The notes under the pieces: generated by a model
The model's input: only the letters and a program-made list of their open reading frames with translations
Database searches by the model: none
Told to the model about the DNA's origin: nothing
Program-made: the position numbers and the translations under genes
Assembly (NCBI GenBank): GCA_965218295.1
Contig: CBDCKN010000006.1
Coordinates: 1-64,000, forward strand
DNA length: 64,000 nt
Direction of reading: 5' to 3'
From: Longimicrobiales bacterium
GTDB lineage: Bacteria; Gemmatimonadota; Gemmatimonadetes; Longimicrobiales; Gaopeijiaceae
Part shown: positions 21,799-32,001 of the stretch, piece by piece
Layout: every line of letters starts with the position of its first letter
Numbering within the stretch: position 1 is the first letter of the stretch

Positions 21799-23187
21799 AT
21801 GGGTGCATCGGACGCCCCCCGCGTTTTAGTCGCCGACGACCAGGCGGACGTCCTCGAGGCTCTACGCATCCTCCTGAAGGGCGAGGGGTTCGAGATCGTC
21901 ACGGCGAGCTCGCCGTCGCGGATCCTCTCCAGCGTCGAGAAGACTGATTTCGACGCTGTCCTGATGGATCTGAACTACACCCTTGACACCACGTCCGGAG
22001 AGGAGGGCATGGACCTCCTCACACAGCTCCGCAGCCTCGATGCGAACCTTCCGGTTCTGGTGATGACGGCCTGGAGCAGCGTGGACGGGGCGGTAGACGC
22101 CATGCGCCGAGGGGCCAGGGACTACGTCGAGAAGCCGTGGGACAACGAGCGGTTGGTGAAGACCCTCAGGACCCAGGTCGAGCTCGGGAGAGCTCTACGC
22201 CGCGGTCAGCTCCTGGAGGACGAGAATCGGCTTCTCCGGGGCAAGGACACACCCGACTTCATTGCCCACTCCAAGGTCATGGAGCCGGTACTCCGCATCA
22301 TGGAGCGAGTGGGGCCATCAGAGGCGAACGTCCTCATCACCGGCGAGCACGGGACCGGAAAAGAGGTTGTGGCGCGCTGGCTCCACGTGGTGTCCGAGCG
22401 TTCCAAGAACACCCTCGTTGCCGTCAACGCGGGCGGATTTTCCGAGGGGGTGTTCGAGAGCGAGCTCTTCGGCCATGTGAAGGGGGCCTTTACGGACGCA
22501 AAGACCGACCGGATCGGGTTTTTCGAGCTCGCTCATCAAGGCACGATCTTCCTGGACGAAATCTCCAACATCTCGCTGCAGCAGCAAGCGAAACTCCTCC
22601 GGGTTTTGGAGACCGGTGAGATCCAGCGGGTGGGGTCGTCGAAGATCCGCCACGTGGATGTTCGGCTTCTTTCGGCCACCAACGCCAATCTCGCCGAGGT
22701 GATGGCCGGGGGTCACTTCCGGGAGGACCTGCTCTATCGGCTGAATACTGTGGAGATTCAACTTCCGCCCCTGCGGGAGCGCCGAGAGGACATCTCCAGT
22801 CTGGCCCTCCACTTCCTGGAGCGGCAACGCTCCCGATATGGACGCCAGGTAGAGGGTTTCGCCGACGACGCCATGCAGGCTCTCATGAGCCATCCGTGGC
22901 CGGGCAACGTCCGGGAGCTGGAGCACGCGGTCGAGCGGGCCATGTTAATGGCCCAGGGTGACCGCATCCGCGCGGAGGACCTGGGGCTCCGGCCCCGCAG
23001 CGGAGGCGGGCCCAAGATGGATGATCTCACCCTGGACGAGGCGGAGCGGCTCCTCATCGAGCGGGCCCTGAGCCGAAACGACGGCAACGTGTCCAAGGCG
23101 GCCGAGGATCTCGGACTGAGTCGCAGCGCCCTCTATCGACGACTGCAGCGCTTCGACCTCCGCGGCGAGCCGGACCAGGACCTCTAG
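21799..23187 (+). CDS. Sigma54-dependent NtrC-family response regulator
   Basis: REC domain, GEHGTGKE, ESELFGHVKGAFTDA, WPGNVREL, C-terminal HTH. Confidence 0.95.
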   Translation: MGASDAPRVLVADDQADVLEALRILLKGEGFEIVTASSPSRILSSVEKTDFDAVLMDLNYTLDTTSGEEGMDLLTQLRSLDANLPVLVMTAWSSVDGAVDAMRRGARDYVEKPWDNERLVKTLRTQVELGRALRRGQLLEDENRLLRGKDTPDFIAHSKVMEPVLRIMERVGPSEANVLITGEHGTGKEVVARWLHVVSERSKNTLVAVNAGGFSEGVFESELFGHVKGAFTDAKTDRIGFFELAHQGTIFLDEISNISLQQQAKLLRVLETGEIQRVGSSKIRHVDVRLLSATNANLAEVMAGGHFREDLLYRLNTVEIQLPPLRERREDISSLALHFLERQRSRYGRQVEGFADDAMQALMSHPWPGNVRELEHAVERAMLMAQGDRIRAEDLGLRPRSGGGPKMDDLTLDEAERLLIERALSRNDGNVSKAAEDLGLSRSALYRRLQRFDLRGEPDQDL

Positions 23188-23196
23188 GAGGAGCGT

Positions 23197-24594
23197 ATGA
23201 GACGGTGGTGGGAGCTGGTTCGCCATGACCACCGTATCGTGCTTCTGGTTCTCATGGCGGGCCTGCCGGGCATGGCCCTCGCCCTCGGTTTCCTGTGGCT
23301 GGGACCCTACTCCGCACGTCTCCAGTGGACCCTGTCGGTGGTCCTTTTCGGGAGCTGGTTCGGATTCACCTATGCGGTGCGGGAACGTGTCGTCCGTCCA
23401 CTTCAGACGCTCTCCAACATGCTGGCGGCACTCCGGGAGGGGGACTTCTCCATTCGGGTCCGGGGGGCCGGTACCAAGGGACCCCTGGCCATCACGTACC
23501 TGGAGGCGAACGCCCTCGAGGAGGTCTTGAGGGAGCAACGACTCGGAGCGGTCGAGGCGACGGCGCTCCTACGGAAGGTCTTGGAGGAGGTGGACCTCGC
23601 CGTGTTCGCTTTCGACGAAGAGGAGACCCTGCGACTGCTAAACCGCGCGGGTGAGAAGCTCCTGGGCCAGCCGAGCGAGCGCGTAATCGGTAGGTCTGCT
23701 GCTGAGCTTCGCCTCAGCGAAACCCTCTACGGTGTGGCGCCCCGCACTGTGGAGCTCAGCCATGCCGGTGGCATGGGCCGCTGGGAGCTACGCCGCACGG
23801 TGGTACGTCAGGAAGGACAGCCCCTGAGCCTCATCGTGCTCTCAGACCTGAGCCGGGCCCTACGAGAAGAGGAGCGCCAGGCCTGGAAGCGGATCATCCG
23901 GGTCCTGAGCCACGAGATCAACAACTCGCTGGCGCCTATCAAGTCCATCGCCGGAAGCCTCCAGAGCCTGACGCAACGGAACGCGCTCCCTCCCGAGATC
24001 GAGGAGGACGTGGGCAGTGGCCTGAAGGTCATCTCGGGTCGGGCGGAATCCCTCGGCCGCTTCATGGCCTCATACGCGCAGCTTGCCAGGCTTCCCGAGC
24101 CCCAACTCGCTCCGGTGGAGGTGGAAGCCCTGGTGCGCCGCATCGTGGCCGTCGAGACGCGCATGGACGTGGGAGTCAAGCCGGGACCGGAGGTCACGAT
24201 CCAGGCCGACGCCGATCAACTGGAGCAGCTTCTCATCAACCTGGTCCGAAACGCTGTGGACGCAGCTCTCGAGACCGACGGCCGGGTGAGCTTCTCGTGG
24301 ACGTTGGTGGTGAACCACCTCCACGTCCTGGTGGAGGACGAGGGACCGGGGCTTCCGGGCGATAAGGGCAACCTCTTCGTTCCGTTCTACACCACAAAGC
24401 CGGGGGGAAGTGGGATCGGCCTCGCCCTCTGCCGCCAGATCGCGGAAGGGCACGGCGGAACGCTGACGCTCGAGAACCGCTCGAATGGCAAGGGCGCCCG
24501 GGCACGCCTCACCATCCCGCTGGACCTGGGATCTTCCGAGGCTGTGGCGTCCCTGGCGCTTCCTAACCGGCCACGACCTCCAGAAGGGCGCTGA
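23197..24594 (+). CDS. Sensor histidine kinase
   Basis: 2 TM, PAS-like region, HEINNSL, NLVRNA, DEGPG, GSGIGL. Confidence 0.93.
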   Translation: MRRWWELVRHDHRIVLLVLMAGLPGMALALGFLWLGPYSARLQWTLSVVLFGSWFGFTYAVRERVVRPLQTLSNMLAALREGDFSIRVRGAGTKGPLAITYLEANALEEVLREQRLGAVEATALLRKVLEEVDLAVFAFDEEETLRLLNRAGEKLLGQPSERVIGRSAAELRLSETLYGVAPRTVELSHAGGMGRWELRRTVVRQEGQPLSLIVLSDLSRALREEERQAWKRIIRVLSHEINNSLAPIKSIAGSLQSLTQRNALPPEIEEDVGSGLKVISGRAESLGRFMASYAQLARLPEPQLAPVEVEALVRRIVAVETRMDVGVKPGPEVTIQADADQLEQLLINLVRNAVDAALETDGRVSFSWTLVVNHLHVLVEDEGPGLPGDKGNLFVPFYTTKPGGSGIGLALCRQIAEGHGGTLTLENRSNGKGARARLTIPLDLGSSEAVASLALPNRPRPPEGR

Positions 24595-25135
24595 TCTTGT
24601 CGGGCGAGGCGTCGTGGAGGAAGCTCTCGGCCACCTGTCCCTCCCGGTCGATCAGAAAGGTCCTGGCCGAGTGATCGAACATCGAGTCGTCCCCAGTGCT
24701 CCCCTCGAAGTAGACGCCATACGCATCGGCTACCATTCGTATCTCCTCAACCGTGCCTCGGAGCCCGAGGAAGTCCGGATCGAGGGCCCCCAGGTACTGG
24801 GACAATCGCTCAGCCGAGTCCCGCTCGGGATCCACCGTGACGAAGAGGACCTGGACCGCGCTTCCGGTGGCCGCTCTCGCTTCGGCCAGCTTGGCCAGCG
24901 TGAGGGGGCAGACGTCCGGGCAATAGGTGTACCCGAAGAAGATCGCCACCGCCTGCCCTCGGAAGCCGGACAGTGAGATGCTCTCACCGTCGTGGCCCGT
25001 GAGGGAAAAGTCCGGGGCGCGGTAGGGCTGGAACCCCGTGGATACAGCCGGGCCCTGATCTCGAGGCCATACTACGGCCAGGGCCACGATCAGGGCTGCG
25101 AGGGTGCTCAGGAGGACCCGGAGGAGTCGCCTCAT
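24563..25135 (-). CDS. SCO1/SenC-family copper-binding protein
   Basis: FFGYTYCPDVCP, VDPERD, DHS. Confidence 0.93.
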   Translation of the reverse strand: MRRLLRVLLSTLAALIVALAVVWPRDQGPAVSTGFQPYRAPDFSLTGHDGESISLSGFRGQAVAIFFGYTYCPDVCPLTLAKLAEARAATGSAVQVLFVTVDPERDSAERLSQYLGALDPDFLGLRGTVEEIRMVADAYGVYFEGSTGDDSMFDHSARTFLIDREGQVAESFLHDASPDKISALLEVVAG

Positions 25136-25426
25136 GCGGATCGGACCGCAGCCGTCGAGTATGCATCGAAGGAGGGGCTGAATCGGGGAGATACCATCAG
25201 AATCCGCCGCCGGCTTCTCGAGCGAAACCGGAGGAGCGGGTGCTCGGCTTCCACCTGCGGATGCGTTCTCGGCATTACCATCGACGATCGCTGGCCATTG
25301 CCCGTGGGTGCTGCTCCAGACGTGGCCTGCAAATCACCCCATTCCCTGTGGCTTGTCAAGTGGACTGGGAGGGGTGGATGATGGTCTCTTGATGCAACGC
25401 CACCGTTCACCAAGGAGAACACGACC

Positions 25427-25566
25427 CGGCCAGTCGAGGGCACGGTGCATCCGTGGGGTCGGCGTTGGGACTCCATACCGTAGCTTGCGCTACGCCGCGT
25501 CGTCCCGCCTTGATCCCACGGCGCCCCGACCCTCTTGGTGGCTCGCGAACTTCGGCAACGGAACAC
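25427..25566. mobile_element. MITE type 1, one end truncated
   Basis: Close match to 38396-38557; ends ...GGAACAC followed by TA. Confidence 0.85.
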
Positions 25567-25770
25567 TAGGAGGTGCGCGCTCGCGCCGGGGGCCAATGCA
25601 ACGAGGTCTTTGCGGGGCCATGAGCGTCCATTTAACTTGGCTAAGGGAAACCGGCGGTCGCCGTTGCCACCGTCGAACCCGTTCGCGCGGAACAACTTGG
25701 TCGATTCTCCCGGGAATCGCCGAGGTCCAGATTCTGCGGAGGCTCACGTGACTCGGAGACTGGCCCAGCG

Positions 25771-26676
25771 ATGAACGATGGCGGACACCGACCCACGAAG
25801 GTTCTTCTCGTGGAGGCCGGGCCGTCGCATCTCGATCCCCTCAAGGAGGCGTTCGAGAGCGCGTCGGGACCATCCATGGAAGTCGAATGGGCCGGCGAGA
25901 TGTCCGGGGCTCTCGAGCTCCTTTCCGAGGGCGGCATCGATGCCGTGATCCTCGATCCCGAGCTCCCCGACAGTCAGGGGCTCCCGAGCTTCGAGCGCAT
26001 GTATGCCTTCGCTCCCCACATACCGATCATCGTCCTCACCAAGGATGACGACGAGGAGCTGGCGGTTCGGACGGTCCAGGGTGGAGCGCAGGACTGCATG
26101 GCCATGCGGGAGGCCGAGCCGAACGTTCTCGTGCGCTCCGTCCGCTACGCCATCGAGCGACACCGGCTGCTCTCGGCTCTACGGAGCCTGTCCCTCATCG
26201 ACGACCTGACCAACCTGTACAACAGACGCGGGTTCAGCGACCTGGGCGAGCAGTACCTGAAGCTGGCCCGCCGAACGTCCAGGGGCGTGTCGCTCATATA
26301 TCTGGACATCGACCGCTTCAAGACGATCAACGACACCCTGGGGCATCACGTGGGCGACCGCGCTCTGCGCTCTGTGGCGGACACACTTCGGGAGACCTTC
26401 CGACGCTCGGACATTGTCGCCCGCATGGGCGGGGACGAGTTCGCCGTCCTGGCCATGGAGGCGTCGGGTGAAGATGCCGCACAGCTCGTCGAGCGACTCC
26501 GGAAGGAGCTGGACGAGCTCAACGAGCACACCAAGGAGCAGTTCCAACTCTCGGTGAGCGTCGGCACCACGCGGTACGTGGGTGAGGACGTCACGAGCCT
26601 CGATGATCTCCTCGCCAAGGCGGACGCAGCTATGTACGCCGAGAAGCGAGGCAAGAGAAGGGCATTGGTGCCCTGA
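25771..26676 (+). CDS. REC-GGDEF diguanylate cyclase
   Basis: N-terminal receiver-like domain; DDLTNLYNRRGF, RRSD I-site, GGDEF. Confidence 0.92.
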   Translation: MNDGGHRPTKVLLVEAGPSHLDPLKEAFESASGPSMEVEWAGEMSGALELLSEGGIDAVILDPELPDSQGLPSFERMYAFAPHIPIIVLTKDDDEELAVRTVQGGAQDCMAMREAEPNVLVRSVRYAIERHRLLSALRSLSLIDDLTNLYNRRGFSDLGEQYLKLARRTSRGVSLIYLDIDRFKTINDTLGHHVGDRALRSVADTLRETFRRSDIVARMGGDEFAVLAMEASGEDAAQLVERLRKELDELNEHTKEQFQLSVSVGTTRYVGEDVTSLDDLLAKADAAMYAEKRGKRRALVP

Positions 26677-26678
26677 TC

Positions 26679-28947
26679 GTGGACGAGATGACAACCGATC
26701 CTGTCGACGTTCCCGAGCCCGCGCTGGAGCTCGGAGACGAGGACATGGAAGAAGCTCAGGCCACGTCCGATCAGCAGGACGCCGACGTTCCCCCTGAGGC
26801 GGGCGGGGCCCAGGCGGTGGCTGCCGACGAGCGCACGCAGGAGTATACCCCCAAGCAGATACTCGCAGGCTTCGCCGGCAAAGCCGCACAAGCCGCAGCA
26901 CGGCGGCGCATCGCGAATGACCGCAGCACGGCGGCTCCCCCATCGTTCTCCGCGGACGAGGACGACGCCGAGGGCGAGGACGGGGATGAGGAGGTCACTT
27001 CCACCGTCGACGAGCCCGGTTCGGTTCCGGCGGTGGCAGTCCCGGCGGCGGCCATCCACTGGCTGGCGCGGATCGCGGAGTGTGCTGGGCTCGAGGGTGA
27101 GCGTCCAGATCTCCCACCGGATGCGCCCGCCGTGGACGCATGGTCCGTCGTGAGTCGCAGCTACAAAATCGACGACGAGCGACTCTGCAATCTCGTCGCC
27201 GAGTACTTCCGCCTCGACGTAGTGGACTTCTCCGCCCGTGATCCGAATGCGGTTCTCCTGGTGCCGGAGCCCATGGCTCGCAAGCATTACATCTACCCGC
27301 TCTACGAGACGGATCGGCACCTGCTGGTGGCGACCTGTGACCCCACCGATGTGGAGGCCGAGCGGGCCCTGAGCTTCAGCACCGGCCGGACCACCATCTT
27401 CCAGGTCGCCTCACCCATCGCCATCCAGGAGGCGCTGGATGCCCGCTTCTCCCCCGAGCAGGCGATCAAGACCCTTCTCGACACGCTCGAAGCCGACGAT
27501 ATCGACGACGACGCGGTCAAGCTGGTCGAGGAGATGGGCCCCGAGTCCATCTCCTCCGAGGATGCAGCGGCCACCCCGGTCGTGAAGCTCACAAACCTCG
27601 TCATCCGGGACGCCATCGTGCAGGGCGCGTCGGACATCCACATCGAGCCCGGCCGGAAGGTGGGATCCCTGCCGGTGTCTCTGAGAAGTGCGTGATCCGG
27701 GTGCTGGACTCCAACGCCGCGCAAACCCTCGAGGACCTCACCCTTCCGAGACCTATGAGCTGGACCGGCTGCGGCAGCTTCTCAGCCTGCGCGAGGGCAT
27801 CATCCTCGTTACCGGGCCTACGGGATCCGGCAAAACGACGACTCTCTACGGGGCGCTTCGCGAACTGGCCGACGGTAAGGTCAACATCATGACCGTCGAG
27901 GATCCCATCGAGTACGAGCTTGCGCAAATCACGCAGACCCAGGTGGAGACGAAACAGGGCGTGACGTTCGGTCGTGCCCTGCGGGCGATTCTCCGGCAGG
28001 ACCCCGACATCATCCTGGTGGGTGAGATCCGGGATCACGAGACGGCCGAGACGGCGATCCATGCCGCCATGACGGGTCACCTCGTCCTGGCGACCGTCCA
28101 TGCCAACGACGCCGTGAGCGCGGTCGCCCGGATGGCCGACATGGGAGTGCCTTACAGCACGATCTCGTCGACGCTTCGAGGCACCATCGCCCAGCGCCTC
28201 CTTCGCAGGGTGTGCGGTGCCTGTGCCGAGCCCGTGAGGGGCAAGCTCACTCCGGAGGAGCAGCGTCTCACGGAGCTGAACGAGATCGAGCCCATGGTTC
28301 GGGCCGTGGGCTGCGCGGACTGTGGCTTCACGGGCTACAGGGGGAGGATCCCGGTGAACGAGGTCTTGGTGGTCGGACCCCGTTTTCAGGTGGCCGTAGA
28401 AGCCCGCAAGGGGTGGCAGACGCTCCATCGGATCGCCGCGCAGGGCGGGATGCGGACGCTGCACCAGGTGGCCCTGGACTGGGTCACCCAGGGGAAGACG
28501 ATCCTGGTGGAGGTAGAGCGGGCCATGGGCATCCAAGCTCCCGAGGACGAGATTGAGGAGGACACGGGTCCGGTCCGGGTTCTGGTGGTGGACGACGACG
28601 AAGAGGCCCGGATCATGTACCACGCCATGCTGGAGACCGAAGGATACGTGGTATCCATGGCCAAGGACGGCTTCGAGGCTCTGGACATGCTCAAGCTCGA
28701 TCCCGACTACAACCTCGTCATCCTGGACCTGAGCATGCCCGGCCTGGACGGCCGCCAGGTTCTCGACCGCATTCGAGGCTCCAAGGACACGGCAGCCATT
28801 CCCGTTCTCGTGAGCACCGCCTTCGGGAACGAGAGCGTGGAGAAAGAGCTCCTGGAGGCCGGTGCCGACGACTATCTCGAGAAGTCCGTCGACGCGCAGC
28901 GCTTCATGGCCCGGGTCCGGGCTGTCCTAAGACGTGCCGTGATGTAG
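26679..28947 (+). pseudogene. GspE/PilB-family secretion ATPase fused to a C-terminal REC domain; internal deletion plus frameshift
   Basis: ASDIHIEP jumps directly to EKCVIRVLD near 27665; second shift near 27745; GPTGSGKTTTLY, LRQDPD, two CxxC; VLVVDD...LDLSMPGLDG. Confidence 0.85.
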
Positions 28948-29143
28948 CTCGCTGTTGCCGATCCGTCCGTTCGCCCCTTCTTTTTCACGGTCCGTCTCTC
29001 CCCCCAAAGGACGCCGATCCATCACACCCCCGTAGTCATCCCCGTGACACACGTCCGGCTAGCGGTGTAGCGGGGTTGTTCCCGTCGTCTGCGCCCCTAC
29101 GTTCTGGGGCGTCGCCGAGTGGACCATCCGAGAGACGAGGCAC

Positions 29144-30211
29144 ATGAAAGGCACTCTCAGGCACATTGTGGTAGCCGCGACGGTAGCCGCCTTTTCGACC
29201 CCCTTGCCAGCCTTGGGCCAGACGGAGATCCAGGCCCGGAATGCGAAGGTCACCATCGGGGGGCGCCTTCATGTCCAGTCGACCACATCTTCCGCTACGG
29301 ACGCCACTTCCTTCGACTCCTTTCTTCGGCGAGCGCGTGTGTTCTTCGGGATCGAGATCACGGACTTCTTCGAGGCGCGCCTTCTACCGGACTTCGCCGG
29401 AGGCAAGGTCGCCCTGCAGGATGCCTACATCAGCCTCAACTTCGATCCGGCCTTCGAGGTTTCCGTCGGACAGCTCAAGCGAGCCTCGGAGGTCTTCGAG
29501 CTGAGCAGCAGCACGCAACTCTCCATCATCGAGCGGGACGGGCGCGTTCCCGGAGCAGGCGACTGCACGGGCATCGGCGGTGTCTGCACCTTCAGCCGGT
29601 TCACGCAGAAGCTCGAGTACTCGGAACGTGATATGGGACTACGGATCGCGGGGTCCGCAGGGCACTTCTCCTACATGGCTACCATGACTAACGGCACGGG
29701 CGTGAACGTGAAGGACGAGAACGACAGCAAGTCGTATTCGGGCCGCGCCGTGCTAGAGGTTGCCGACGATCTGGAGATCGGCGCCTTCGTCGGTCTCCAC
29801 GACTATCCCGACGCGACGGGCAATACCGACTACGGAACGGCCTTCGGCGCCGATCTGGAATGGGGTGGATGGTACGAGGGGTTGCACCTCCAGGCGGCCA
29901 TGGTCGGGGGCGACAACTGGAAGGAGCTCGAGGCGTCGGGAGATCCGGCGCGCTTCCTCTCGGGTCAGGCGGTCCTCACGTACTACATCCCCATCGACTC
30001 GGACCGGTGGGCGGCAGTCGAGCCGCTGATTCGGATCAGCTGGGGAGATCCGGACACGGACGCTGCAGACGACGCGGCCTGGCTCATCACTCCGGGGCTG
30101 TCGCTGTTCGTCTCCGGCCGGAACAAGATCGGGACGAATCTCGACATCTATCTGCCCCAGGAGGGCGACTCCGAGATGTCGTTCAAGGTCCAGGCCTTCC
30201 TCTACTTCTGA
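29144..30211 (+). CDS. Outer membrane porin (OprO/P-like)
   Basis: Signal peptide, FLRRAR, LQDAYI, RDMG, C-terminal Phe. Confidence 0.8.
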   Translation: MKGTLRHIVVAATVAAFSTPLPALGQTEIQARNAKVTIGGRLHVQSTTSSATDATSFDSFLRRARVFFGIEITDFFEARLLPDFAGGKVALQDAYISLNFDPAFEVSVGQLKRASEVFELSSSTQLSIIERDGRVPGAGDCTGIGGVCTFSRFTQKLEYSERDMGLRIAGSAGHFSYMATMTNGTGVNVKDENDSKSYSGRAVLEVADDLEIGAFVGLHDYPDATGNTDYGTAFGADLEWGGWYEGLHLQAAMVGGDNWKELEASGDPARFLSGQAVLTYYIPIDSDRWAAVEPLIRISWGDPDTDAADDAAWLITPGLSLFVSGRNKIGTNLDIYLPQEGDSEMSFKVQAFLYF

Positions 30212-30368
30212 GCGGGCCCGGAGCCATCATTTCCGGCCGAGGACCGCCCGGCTTCGGCCCCCCCGAGGGGATCCTGTGAGCGGTCGGTTGGTAGATTGAC
30301 AGGCGTGCCCCGAGCCTGCGAGGTTACTGGGCTTTGAAATCGCCACAATCCGAGGACTGACCGCCCAG

Positions 30369-31991
30369 ATGTTCAAATCCGTACGAGGCCGGCTCATAGT
30401 CATTTTGGCGGTGGCCGGCATAAGCCTCGGCTACCTCGTCACCAACAAGATCAAGCTGGGGCTCGACCTTCAGGGAGGGATGCACCTGGTTCTCGAGGTG
30501 GACGATCCCGAGGGCACCATGACGGCCGATGCCCGCTCCGACGCCATCGATCGAGCCGAGCGCATTCTGCGAACCCGCATCGACGAATTCGGAGTGGAGG
30601 AGCCGCTCATTCAGAAGGTCGGCTCCGAGCGGATCATCGTCGAGCTGCCGGGCATCGCGGACGAGGACCGAGCCAAGAATCTGATCCAGCAGTCGGCGTT
30701 CCTCGAGTTCAAGCTCGTGCTTCCAGTGACGGAGCTCGAACCCGCCCTTAGTCGGATCGACCGGCAGATCGTCGCCGCCCTCGGAGTGGATGCGCTCCGC
30801 GAGATGGGGCGCGATACGGAGGGCCCCTCACAGGACTTGGAGGATCTGATCTTCGCGAGCCCCAACGCTGATTCGACCCAGGCGGACAGTGCCGGCGCCG
30901 AAGGAGAGCAGGCCGCTGAGGAAGAGGACCAGTCGGTGAACTTGAGGCCGTTCACGGCCCTCCTCGCCTCGGGCGATGTGGAAGGCACTTACCTGGTCGC
31001 CCTCGAGGACGTGGAGACGGCCCAGAGCTTCCTCGCGCTGCCCGAGGTTCAGATCGCTCTGCCCCGGAACATATCGCTCCACTGGGAGACGGATCCCGTC
31101 GGGGTCGGAACCCGCACCTACCGGCGCCTCTATGTGACAGAGGATGACGCCTTCATGACGGGCGAGCAGCTCGAGACGGCTGTAGCCCAGCGGGATCCCC
31201 AGTTCAACCAGGCTCAGGTCAGCTTCCAGCTCAACCGGGCCGGGGGAAGGCGGTTCGCGCAGTTCACCACGCAGCACGTGGGCGACCTCATCGCCATCGT
31301 GCTGGACGACGAGATCGTGAGTGCTCCGGTGGTGCGTGATCGCATCGGTGCCAGCGGAGTCATCGAGATGGGCAACGCCGACATCGCCGAGGCGGCGGAC
31401 CTGGCGCTCGTGCTCCGAGCCGGCGCCCTCCCCGCCAAGCTGCGGATCATGGAGGAGCGGACCGTGGGGCCGTCTCTGGGGCAGGACTCGATCGACCGGG
31501 GCAAGATCGCCGGTATCATCGGGGTGGTGGGGGTCGTGATCGTCATGATGCTGTACTACAAAGTGGCAGGCGTCCTCGCCGTGCTGGCCCTAGGCGGCTA
31601 CACCGTGCTGGTGCTGGGCAGCCTTGCGGCCTTCGGCGCCGCGCTGACCCTTCCGGGGATAGCGGGCCTGATCCTCTCGGTGGGAATGGCGGTGGATGCC
31701 AACGTCCTCATCTTTGAGCGGATCCGTGAGGAGCTTATCCTCGGCAGGGCGACGCGCACGGCGGTGGACGAGGGCTTCGCACACGCCCTGTCGGCCATCG
31801 TCGACGCGAACCTGACGACGCTCATCACGGCGCTCATCCTCTTCCAGTTCGGTACGGGGCCCGTGCGGGGCTTCGCCTTGACCCTGTCCATCGGGATCGT
31901 GTGGTCGTTCATCTCGGCCCTCTACGTGACACGAACCTTCTTCCTCATGTACCTGTCGGGAAAGAAGGCTTCCGACCCGATCAGCATCTGA
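30369..31991 (+). CDS. secD: Protein translocase subunit SecD
   Basis: LGLDLQGG, LRAGALPA, GMAVDANVLIFERIREE. Confidence 0.97.
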   Translation: MFKSVRGRLIVILAVAGISLGYLVTNKIKLGLDLQGGMHLVLEVDDPEGTMTADARSDAIDRAERILRTRIDEFGVEEPLIQKVGSERIIVELPGIADEDRAKNLIQQSAFLEFKLVLPVTELEPALSRIDRQIVAALGVDALREMGRDTEGPSQDLEDLIFASPNADSTQADSAGAEGEQAAEEEDQSVNLRPFTALLASGDVEGTYLVALEDVETAQSFLALPEVQIALPRNISLHWETDPVGVGTRTYRRLYVTEDDAFMTGEQLETAVAQRDPQFNQAQVSFQLNRAGGRRFAQFTTQHVGDLIAIVLDDEIVSAPVVRDRIGASGVIEMGNADIAEAADLALVLRAGALPAKLRIMEERTVGPSLGQDSIDRGKIAGIIGVVGVVIVMMLYYKVAGVLAVLALGGYTVLVLGSLAAFGAALTLPGIAGLILSVGMAVDANVLIFERIREELILGRATRTAVDEGFAHALSAIVDANLTTLITALILFQFGTGPVRGFALTLSIGIVWSFISALYVTRTFFLMYLSGKKASDPISI

Positions 31992-32001
31992 GACGGGATC
32001 C

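Noticed and set aside
29019..29052. Pho-box-like direct repeats upstream of the porin
   Set aside because: Match to the 11-bp periodic GTCA(T/C) pattern is too weak
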